DNA of 61,077 nt from positions 1 through 61,077 of the forward strand of contig CAZHOB010000004.1 in the NCBI GenBank assembly GCA_964534465.1. Direction: 5' to 3'. A model generated the notes under the pieces. It was not told the DNA's origin and ran no database searches. It saw only the letters and a list, made by a program, of their open reading frames with translations. Positions 17,288 to 24,782 of this stretch are shown piece by piece (the stretch's first letter is position 1; each line of letters starts with the position of its first letter). This stretch comes from an uncultured Candidatus Saccharibacteria bacterium. GTDB taxonomy: Bacteria > Patescibacteriota > Minisyncoccia > Phycocordibacterales > UBA2100. Both the position numbers and the translations under genes were made by a program.

Positions 17288-18298
17288 TTAAGCTACAGCA
17301 ACGTCGTAAAAATCCCACTCCGTATTGTATTGATCATACGCAACGATCTCACCCTCGATATTCCCAAAGACGATGCGGGAGTGCTGGTCGTCCACCATGA
17401 TCCAGAGGCCGTCGACAAATTGGCAATCTTGCACCCAATCCGACGGTATCGTAATGGAGTTTTCCACGGTGAATGTATCGCCGCGCAAACGACCGCGATA
17501 CGAAATGCCTCTGCAGCTGTCGGCAAATGTAATGCGTCCGCCCTCGCTCCAGCGCGCGCCATGGGGGCGCTGAAGGCCTTCCACGATGGGCGTCACCTTT
17601 CCCGAACCCCGGTCGATCTTCGCGAGCATGTTTTGATGGAAAAAAGTAGCCAAGAGCGCATCATCTTCCGGCAATTCGATCGCAGTATTGACCTGCACCG
17701 TGCGAAGCCATGTGTCATAGTGCATCATCCGGTGGTCCTTCTTCTTATCCAAAACTCTCTTTCGCCCGAGTGCCCCTGTGGGGAAACCGTTCTCCGTCGC
17801 GAACCACGACCAGAGCACCTTTTTGCCGTCTTTCGACATCTCAAAAATTGAATCGGTGCCGGAGGAAACGACCATAAATCCGGCGGTGCTCTCGCGAACG
17901 GAATGAAGCTCATTGAACGCTTTGTGCGTGGCGAATATTTTCTCCGCGCTTAGATCCTTTGAAAAAGCGCCGACATCGTGATGCCGTGCACCAAGTATGG
18001 TCCCGTCGCTGCGTCGAATGATCCCGTAGATGAAATTGCAGCGCATGTAGCGTGATACCGTGGCATCTTTTTCGACCCGCACGATGAGACCTGCAGAAGG
18101 ATCATGGAGATCGGGCAGAGTGCATGTGGTGACTTTGGGATACGCGCGTTTTTTGCCCTTCTCGCTTTCCCAACGTGCCTTGCGCTCGCTCAAATTCTGA
18201 TACGAGACCGAAAGATAATACGCGGGGAGAGCGATCCGCTTACCCGTGAAGTGTCGTCGCAACTTCGCCATTTCAGCTGCCTCCGGTTGATGGTTCAT
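17288..18298 (-). CDS. Hypothetical protein with a weak arylsulfotransferase (ASST)-like beta-propeller signature
   Basis: HYDTWLRTVQVNTAIELPEDDALLATFFHQNMLAKIDRGSGKV resembles the ASST-family H-x-N ... S-x-x-x-Q ... KID-x-x-(S/T)-G-K block as I recall it. An ARHHDVG segment is also present. Assigned by eye only. Confidence 0.35.
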   Translation of the reverse strand: MNHQPEAAEMAKLRRHFTGKRIALPAYYLSVSYQNLSERKARWESEKGKKRAYPKVTTCTLPDLHDPSAGLIVRVEKDATVSRYMRCNFIYGIIRRSDGTILGARHHDVGAFSKDLSAEKIFATHKAFNELHSVRESTAGFMVVSSGTDSIFEMSKDGKKVLWSWFATENGFPTGALGRKRVLDKKKDHRMMHYDTWLRTVQVNTAIELPEDDALLATFFHQNMLAKIDRGSGKVTPIVEGLQRPHGARWSEGGRITFADSCRGISYRGRLRGDTFTVENSITIPSDWVQDCQFVDGLWIMVDDQHSRIVFGNIEGEIVAYDQYNTEWDFYDVAVA

Positions 18299-19581
18299 GA
18301 CGTTGTGGACTCGTCGCTAAGGACGAGCGTTTTTCCGCGTTTTGAATATCGCTCAATGTTGCTCACCGCTTCTACGGTAAGGGCGATCTTCGGGCCAACA
18401 AGCGGCATCAGAGTTTCTACAAGCTGCGATTCTGTGCGTTCATCGAAGCGTGCGCTTGGAACGATGCGCACGAGCATCCTATCTTCCGCTTTTTTCACGA
18501 TCTGATAGCGGTGCACGATATTCATGAATGGCTGAAGTTTGACATCGAATTCAAATTGGTGGAAGCGCCGGTCGCCAAATGAGAGCATTGAAGAATATCT
18601 CCCGTCGATCCATAGCCGCTGCGCATATAATCCGCACGTGCACTTCTCCCATGAGAGGCGGCCCCGATCACCGGTATCGTACCGCACGAAAGGCATTTGA
18701 TAATTGAAGACATCGGTAATAAGAACTTTGCCGTATGTTCCGTCGGAGAGTGGCATGCCATCCGTATCAACGACCTCGACGATGAACGACTCTACATTGA
18801 TGTGAAATCCGTCATGGGCGGAGCACTCCGAACCCACATTACCGAATTCTTCAAGTCCGTACCGATCGAACACCTCACAGTGAAGTATCCTTTCCACATG
18901 GGCCCGAGCCAACGGGGTCATTTTTTCTCCCATGGAGATAGCGTATTTGAAACGGAGCGGACTTTTAAAGCGCTCGACCGATCGTGCGACTTCGGGCAAG
19001 AGGGAAGCGACGGTTTCTATGGCATGCGGCTCGAATGCGACCATTTGATCGATAGCGGTCTTCGGGTCGCGCAAAAAATCATCGAAGCGAATGTAGAGCC
19101 GATTCGGTCTCTCCCGCGGTATCACCCGCAGCTGGACCATGCGCATCCACTCGGTATCGAACCGCCACGGCGTTCGTGCCAGCAAAAAACGAAAGTGGAG
19201 CGAATCGCGATAGTATTGGGCAGTCACGTGCGATTTGCGGAACGGAGAGAAGGGCGTGCCGCTCGAGCCGGATGTTGAGTCCCATTGACCCGACAGAAGT
19301 GTGCTGTTGTCCGTAAAATCCTCGTAATATCGTCCGAGGAACATCGTTTTATTCATGATAGGGAGCTTCGGCAGATCCGCGATATGCAGGATATGCGCAG
19401 TGTCCACGCGGTGTCTCGCGAGCAATTCTTTATAAAGCGGAATGTTGGTCGCGAGGTATGGCAGAACTTTTCGCAACTGCTTTTCCTGCCACGCGCGTAT
19501 CGTGCGCACGGATCTCTGGTGCACCATGTGAAAACGCAGGAATCGAAGGGTGTAACGCATCCGATAGTACAAAGCCCACAT
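18295..19581 (-). CDS. PaaK / coenzyme F390-synthetase / CapK-like adenylate-forming ligase, paralogue 1
   Basis: AMP-binding P-loop variant WDSTSGSSGTPFSPF. A Lys lies near the C-terminus (KRGKT). Overlaps the next gene by 4 nt. Confidence 0.7.
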   Translation of the reverse strand: MWALYYRMRYTLRFLRFHMVHQRSVRTIRAWQEKQLRKVLPYLATNIPLYKELLARHRVDTAHILHIADLPKLPIMNKTMFLGRYYEDFTDNSTLLSGQWDSTSGSSGTPFSPFRKSHVTAQYYRDSLHFRFLLARTPWRFDTEWMRMVQLRVIPRERPNRLYIRFDDFLRDPKTAIDQMVAFEPHAIETVASLLPEVARSVERFKSPLRFKYAISMGEKMTPLARAHVERILHCEVFDRYGLEEFGNVGSECSAHDGFHINVESFIVEVVDTDGMPLSDGTYGKVLITDVFNYQMPFVRYDTGDRGRLSWEKCTCGLYAQRLWIDGRYSSMLSFGDRRFHQFEFDVKLQPFMNIVHRYQIVKKAEDRMLVRIVPSARFDERTESQLVETLMPLVGPKIALTVEAVSNIERYSKRGKTLVLSDESTTS

Positions 19582-19582
19582 A

Positions 19583-20926
19583 TCAGAATTTTTTTATGTA
19601 ATATATCGCCTTGCTGCTTTGCGCCGCTTCGATCTCTCCAACGATCTCCCATCGTATGAGCGCCCGTGGATGAAGCATGTACAGCAACGCGCGCTCCAGA
19701 GTGCCCTGTATTACTTCGAACGAGTGCCCCGGTACGACCTTTATCGTGAAATCGAGCTCACGTGTATGGATGATCTGATACTGCTTCACTGCTTCGAAAT
19801 ACATATCGAAGGTAGCGGACACATCGAGGAGGGAAACGTCTCGGCGATCCGGTAGATGGATGATGTGCGCTTCGCGGCCCCGTATTTTTATTGTGCGGAG
19901 CGACCGTCCACAGGGACAGTTGTCATCATCAATAATACCCAGATCGCCATTGAAATATCGAATGAACGGCATCACCCCATTGTCGAATACGGTCACGACG
20001 ACTTTTCCTTCGGTGCCGGCGGGCACCGGTGTTCCGGCGCTGTTCACGATCTCAATGAGCGCCGTTTCTTCATTTATATGTAATCGACCATTTTCGCAGG
20101 TGAACGCGAGCCAGCCTAATTCCTGCGATGTATAGCACGACGTTATGGGCGCTTTGAACGTTTCTTCGAGTAATGCTTTTGCGCTCGGCTGTAATTCTTC
20201 ACCTGTGGCAATTATGCCCCGTATCGGTAGTGCGATGCCGCGCTCTTTGGTAAGCCGGCCCAGCTCAAGGAGCGGGGAAACGAATGCATAGAGAATAAAA
20301 CCATCGGGATAGGTGAGCGCTCGTTCAACAAAAATATCATAGCGATTCTTCAGGCTGCTGTAGCTTCGAAGGAAAAAGAATTCGTGATCGATGAGCGCAA
20401 AACCCGCTCGCGGGCGCGTGCGCATCGATATCACGGGGAATCGCACCCCCCCGCCTGCGATGCGGAACATGCGCTCGCAAACCGCAAAGGTGCGCAGCAC
20501 AAACCTTCTATCCACCAAAAATCCGAACGGTCTTCCGGTCGAACCCGACGTGCGGTCTTTGTGAGCGCGATCCTTATATCGCGGGTCCGTTATCGCGGGA
20601 TAGCCGGCGTCGGTCAGTTCTTTTTTTGAAACGATGGGAAGTTTGGCGAATGCGGCGCGGCCATCGCCGTGCCTGATGCCGATTTTCTCGAAGAGCGCCT
20701 TCCAGTACGGCACATGACCGGCACTCCGCAGAAGCTTTTGCAGCCGCCTTGCCTGCAGGTCTTCTAGTGCGGTGCGCGGCCAGTACTGGCTCCTCATGAG
20801 CGCGTGAGTATCGAGGAGGAGTGGAATGAGCAACGGCAAACGCCAGTAGAGGAGGGGATGGGTCCATAAAACATCTGCTCGAAGGCCGGTTTTTCTGAGC
20901 ACTGCAAAGTACAATGTATCGAGCAT
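19583..20926 (-). CDS. PaaK / F390-synthetase-like adenylate-forming ligase, paralogue 2
   Basis: HKDRTSGSTGRPFGFLVD. Overall collinear with 18295..19581 and 23454..24782. Confidence 0.72.
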   Translation of the reverse strand: MLDTLYFAVLRKTGLRADVLWTHPLLYWRLPLLIPLLLDTHALMRSQYWPRTALEDLQARRLQKLLRSAGHVPYWKALFEKIGIRHGDGRAAFAKLPIVSKKELTDAGYPAITDPRYKDRAHKDRTSGSTGRPFGFLVDRRFVLRTFAVCERMFRIAGGGVRFPVISMRTRPRAGFALIDHEFFFLRSYSSLKNRYDIFVERALTYPDGFILYAFVSPLLELGRLTKERGIALPIRGIIATGEELQPSAKALLEETFKAPITSCYTSQELGWLAFTCENGRLHINEETALIEIVNSAGTPVPAGTEGKVVVTVFDNGVMPFIRYFNGDLGIIDDDNCPCGRSLRTIKIRGREAHIIHLPDRRDVSLLDVSATFDMYFEAVKQYQIIHTRELDFTIKVVPGHSFEVIQGTLERALLYMLHPRALIRWEIVGEIEAAQSSKAIYYIKKF

Positions 20927-20964
20927 GGCAGGATGATTCTATCACCGCCCCGAGACACGTTCAT

Positions 20965-20993
20965 TTGACTTTCACAAGTCTTCGGGTTATAAT
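20965..20993 (+). promoter_or_regulatory. Near-consensus sigma70 promoter driving the 21044-24782 operon
   Basis: TTGACT-17 nt-TATAAT, read directly from the sequence. It is ~50 nt upstream of the AGGAGG-ATG of the 21044 gene. Confidence 0.6.
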
Positions 20994-21043
20994 CGCCCGC
21001 AGCTGAAACACGGACAGGTCGTCCGAGCAATAAGGAGGCGTGC

Positions 21044-21280
21044 ATGAAGTCGTTTCTCGTTGCCCTCGCGTGCGGGGCACTTGCGCTCACGGCTCTCGAG
21101 GCGTCGGCGGCGGGCCGCCAGATGATCCCATGGAAGGACGCGCAGGGGAATCGCATTTTCATCCCGCTGCCGCGCAACTACGCGGAGTGTCGGGACAACA
21201 ATGCGAAATACACGCATTATCCTGCCGACGTCTCTCACCGCTATTGTTCCTCGCCGGATAGGTGGTGGAACAAGCGATAA
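21044..21280 (+). CDS. Small secreted protein (78 aa), candidate substrate or accessory of the cluster
   Basis: AAGGAGG SD and signal peptide MKSFLVALACGALALTALEASAA. The mature part is rich in Tyr/Arg/Asn/Asp with 2 Cys. Terminator at 21295-21325. Confidence 0.6.
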   Translation: MKSFLVALACGALALTALEASAAGRQMIPWKDAQGNRIFIPLPRNYAECRDNNAKYTHYPADVSHRYCSSPDRWWNKR

Positions 21281-21346
21281 CGTCGCGAAGAGCAAAGGTG
21301 GTACCGAAAGGTGCCACCTTTTTATTGTGGGAGTATAATCCGCACC

Positions 21347-22528
21347 ATGCGGCGAGTTGCTTTGCTGATAAGCTTCCTCCTCTTTCTGCTCGGAGCGTCG
21401 CTGTTCATCTTGCACGGACGAGACCCGTTCGCCGATATCGCGAATTGTGTTCAGAAGAAAAAAAATAGCATCATTTGTACACAGCCGTACATTCAAAAAA
21501 TGCTCGACACCATGAGCGGAGATTCGATAATGACCGAGCTCAACAAGCGTTTTGATCCGATGAGATGTCATTTCGTTGGCCACGTCGTAGGTCAGCAACT
21601 CTATCGAAAGTATCAAAGTGTTGAAAAGGCAATGAAAGAATGTTCCCGCACATGCAGCGCTGCATGTCCGCACGGAATCATTGGCGAAGCGTTCGCGGAG
21701 CAACTCGGGTTTACCAAACCCGATCAGGTGGAAGAGCTCGGACATTTGGATGCTGACGAATTAATGCAGGTCGGCAGGAGGCTCTGCAGGGGACCGCAGG
21801 CGTGTCATGGCGTCGGTCACGCACTGTTCCAAGCGTATCAGCAGTTCACTCCCGCTCTCGCGATGTGCAAAAAGGTCACTCCCCCAAGTCAGCGAGCGTA
21901 TTGTTACTCGGGCGTATTCATGGAGAATGCCGACCTGCTCACTGATCGGAACATGCGAGCGCTCCCGAGCAACGCGTTCCCTCAAGCACAAGAACTCCCT
22001 ACGTATTGCACCAAATACACGGATGTATATCAAAAACGAATGTGCTTTGTGTATTTTCCACGCATCGTGTACGCCTTGCTCAGGGCGCAAGGAAAAAGTA
22101 CGGCAGACGCCATGGGCTATGCAAAAAACATCTGCGATTCGTACGAGAAACACTCCACGGAGCGAAGCGCGTGTTTCGCGGGACTGGGCTCGAATAATTT
22201 TTATCTTGCGGCCGAAAATCCGGACACGGCGAGCTTCTCGTGCACATTTCCAAATAAAGCCGACAGTGCCGCATGCAACCTCGGACAACTATTGATAGAT
22301 GCTGCGGACAGGACATCCATAACGTTCCCGTACTGCCGATCCATAACAGAGCCTGACCTTCGCAGTACATGCTTTCAAGGACTATTCTTCACCGTGTACA
22401 CGGGAGCGGCATCGATAGATGAGGCAAAAACGAACTGCGAGGACGATCGAATATGTTTGGATGCCGCGGCGCACTATAAAGAAGACCCGTGGACTCTTAT
22501 TGAGAAGACATTTGGACAAAGCTCATAG
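21347..22528 (+). CDS. Membrane-anchored Cys-pair/His-rich repeat protein, paralogue 3 of 3
   Basis: Internal ATG at 21347 (MRRVALLISFLLFLLGASLFIL). Motifs RCHFVGHVVGQQLY, CSAACPHGIIGEAF, CHGVGHALFQ, CYSGVFMENA, CFAGLGSNNF, CFQGLFFTVY. Closest to 13420..14517. Confidence 0.65.
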   Translation: MRRVALLISFLLFLLGASLFILHGRDPFADIANCVQKKKNSIICTQPYIQKMLDTMSGDSIMTELNKRFDPMRCHFVGHVVGQQLYRKYQSVEKAMKECSRTCSAACPHGIIGEAFAEQLGFTKPDQVEELGHLDADELMQVGRRLCRGPQACHGVGHALFQAYQQFTPALAMCKKVTPPSQRAYCYSGVFMENADLLTDRNMRALPSNAFPQAQELPTYCTKYTDVYQKRMCFVYFPRIVYALLRAQGKSTADAMGYAKNICDSYEKHSTERSACFAGLGSNNFYLAAENPDTASFSCTFPNKADSAACNLGQLLIDAADRTSITFPYCRSITEPDLRSTCFQGLFFTVYTGAASIDEAKTNCEDDRICLDAAAHYKEDPWTLIEKTFGQSS

Positions 22529-22575
22529 AACCCCCCTTTTTTTCATCAGAAGGGGAGCTGCTGTAGAATGCGCCT

Positions 22576-23457
22576 ATGAGCGCATTTTCCTTCGCGGGAG
22601 AAGGTAAGAGTTTCTCGGTCCGTTTCAATGCGTGCACGCGCGAACCTCTTCCATGGCGCGAGGAAGTGTACGCCGCCGCACGCGCAATTCATCTGAAAGC
22701 CAAAAAGCCGATATGGGTATGCTCTAGCGGCGGTATCGACAGCGAGGTCGCATGCCGCGCGTTTTATGACCAAGATATCCCGTTCTCGGTCCTTACGCTC
22801 GAACACAGGGAGGGCACGAATGCCCACGATATCAGATTCGCCGTGAAGTGGTGTGAGGAGCGCGGCGTATCCCAAAAAATAGTTCCGATAGACATGGAGA
22901 GGTTCCTTACCGAAGATATCGAGAAATACGCCGAGCGATACATTGCGATCCATCCATTCCGTTATTTTCAGCTCAAGCTTCTTGAGATCGTTGAAGAAAT
23001 GGGAGGCTTTGCCGTCCTTTGCAGCGGTGAGCAGATCTATCACTCCGATATGTCAAAAAAAGTGCTTACGCGCAGCGACATGGTCATCTCCGTATCCAAT
23101 GGCACGGCGATGCCACTTGCATGGTGTACCCAGCACAAAACAGAGCACGAGCCGTATTTTCATTTTGCGACGCCCGAGCTGTGCCTTTCGTATATCCGTC
23201 AGCCCTTGATATCTTTCGCGCTCGATAATCCGGAGTACGTGTTCCGTCATCCCGTGAACACCTATGCGCTCAAGCGCATGGCGTATCTCTCGGCGTGGCC
23301 CGACATGGAGGGACGTTTCAAATATCACGGATATGAACGCCTGAAGGAGGGACTGTTCCAGCATGCGTACGATACGTTGCACAAAAAATTCGCGGACCGG
23401 TTCGTTCGCGTCGATATTCCAGTCGACGAATTCGAGCGACAACTTCTCGGCGCATGA
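22576..23457 (+). CDS. PP-loop ATP pyrophosphatase superfamily protein (adenine nucleotide alpha-hydrolase; subfamily unresolved, PAPS-reductase-like is possible)
   Basis: Intact SGGxDS motif in IWVCSSGGIDSEVACRAF. The stop overlaps the next start (ATGA at 23454-23457). Confidence 0.7.
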   Translation: MSAFSFAGEGKSFSVRFNACTREPLPWREEVYAAARAIHLKAKKPIWVCSSGGIDSEVACRAFYDQDIPFSVLTLEHREGTNAHDIRFAVKWCEERGVSQKIVPIDMERFLTEDIEKYAERYIAIHPFRYFQLKLLEIVEEMGGFAVLCSGEQIYHSDMSKKVLTRSDMVISVSNGTAMPLAWCTQHKTEHEPYFHFATPELCLSYIRQPLISFALDNPEYVFRHPVNTYALKRMAYLSAWPDMEGRFKYHGYERLKEGLFQHAYDTLHKKFADRFVRVDIPVDEFERQLLGA

Positions 23458-24782
23458 TACAAGCGATCCTGGAGAAGAAGTGGTTGCGCGCGGACCGGAT
23501 ATGGACGCATCCGCTGGCATACAAGAGTTTTCTGCGGCTCATTCCGCTTTTTACCGACACGTGGGCACTCGTAAAAAGTCAGTATTGGTCACGCGAAGCA
23601 CTCGAGCGTATGCAGGATGTGCGATTGGGCGACCTCTTCAGGGAGGCGGATCATATTCCTCACTGGCATGAATTGCTGAGCCGTACACAGGGGACTCCGC
23701 GTGAAATACTCTCGCAGCTGCAGATCACGTCGAAGAGCGACCTCAATGAACGAGCTGTAGAGGAAATCGCCTTGACCGCGCTCTTTGCGATCTGTGATAC
23801 CGATCACACCTCGGGTTCTACGGGAAAACCGTTCCATTTTTATCAGGACCGGCATGATTCATTGCGAAGCTTCGCTGTCGTGGAGCGCATATTTCGCACG
23901 ATAACAGGCGGGAAGCGATACCCAATAGTCTACGTGCGCTCCAAGGAACGTTTCGGCTTTACCCCGTACATGCACGAGTGGTTTTATGTGCATGGGTATC
24001 CGCAGATACCATCAAGGATGGAGGACTTCGCGAAGTTGGCCGAGAAATATCCGGATGGATTCATATTGTACGGATATACGACGTGGGTCGTGGAGATCGT
24101 GCGGCAGATGGGGCTTCGAAAAATAGACATGCCGTTGCAGGCGGTGGTCGTGGCCGGAGAGCACCTCGCCGAGGGTGATAAAGAATTCATTGAGCAGGTA
24201 ACAGGCGCTCCGCTTTTCACGCTCTTTGCCTCGCGCGAAGCGGGATACATCGGATTCGAGTGCGAGCATCATGCGATGCATATCAGCGAAGAGTGGTGCC
24301 TCATGGAGGTCGTAGATACAGAGGGCAACGCGCTGCCCTTAGGAGCAGAAGGACGTATCGTCGTTACGACGTTCGATAACCTTGTCATGCCCTTCATACG
24401 ATATGACCTTGGTGATATCGGGAAGATCTCGCCACTACCGTGCACGTGCGGTAGAACACTGCGGACGTTCACCTACAAGGGCCGCATATCTGAGCGCATC
24501 GAACTTGGGGGCGGCAAAGTCGTCAGCCTTTTGGATATCGCATATTCACTCGGTCGGTACCGCGATGCGATCCGCCAGTACCAGATCGTTCAAAAGAGCA
24601 CGAGCGAATTTATTTTCAAAGTGATCCCCGGACCGCTGTTCGAAAAAAACAGAACGAACCTCGAAGAATTCATGCGCTCGCTGCTGGACCAAAGAGTGCA
24701 TATACTCTGGGAGGTGGTCGAACACATACCGGCGGGGAAGAGCGGTAAGGCTGTCTATTTCGTACGCGACCTCAAGCAGTAG
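23454..24782 (+). CDS. PaaK / F390-synthetase-like adenylate-forming ligase, paralogue 3
   Basis: DTDHTSGSTGKPFHFYQD. C-terminal PAGKSGKAVYFVRD. Confidence 0.72.
   Translation: MIQAILEKKWLRADRIWTHPLAYKSFLRLIPLFTDTWALVKSQYWSREALERMQDVRLGDLFREADHIPHWHELLSRTQGTPREILSQLQITSKSDLNERAVEEIALTALFAICDTDHTSGSTGKPFHFYQDRHDSLRSFAVVERIFRTITGGKRYPIVYVRSKERFGFTPYMHEWFYVHGYPQIPSRMEDFAKLAEKYPDGFILYGYTTWVVEIVRQMGLRKIDMPLQAVVVAGEHLAEGDKEFIEQVTGAPLFTLFASREAGYIGFECEHHAMHISEEWCLMEVVDTEGNALPLGAEGRIVVTTFDNLVMPFIRYDLGDIGKISPLPCTCGRTLRTFTYKGRISERIELGGGKVVSLLDIAYSLGRYRDAIRQYQIVQKSTSEFIFKVIPGPLFEKNRTNLEEFMRSLLDQRVHILWEVVEHIPAGKSGKAVYFVRDLKQ

Noticed and set aside
20987-21745. 252-aa minus-strand ORF across the divergent promoter region
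   Set aside because: It overlaps the consensus promoter, the 78-aa secreted-peptide gene and the start of the Cys-pair paralogue. It has no signals of its own.
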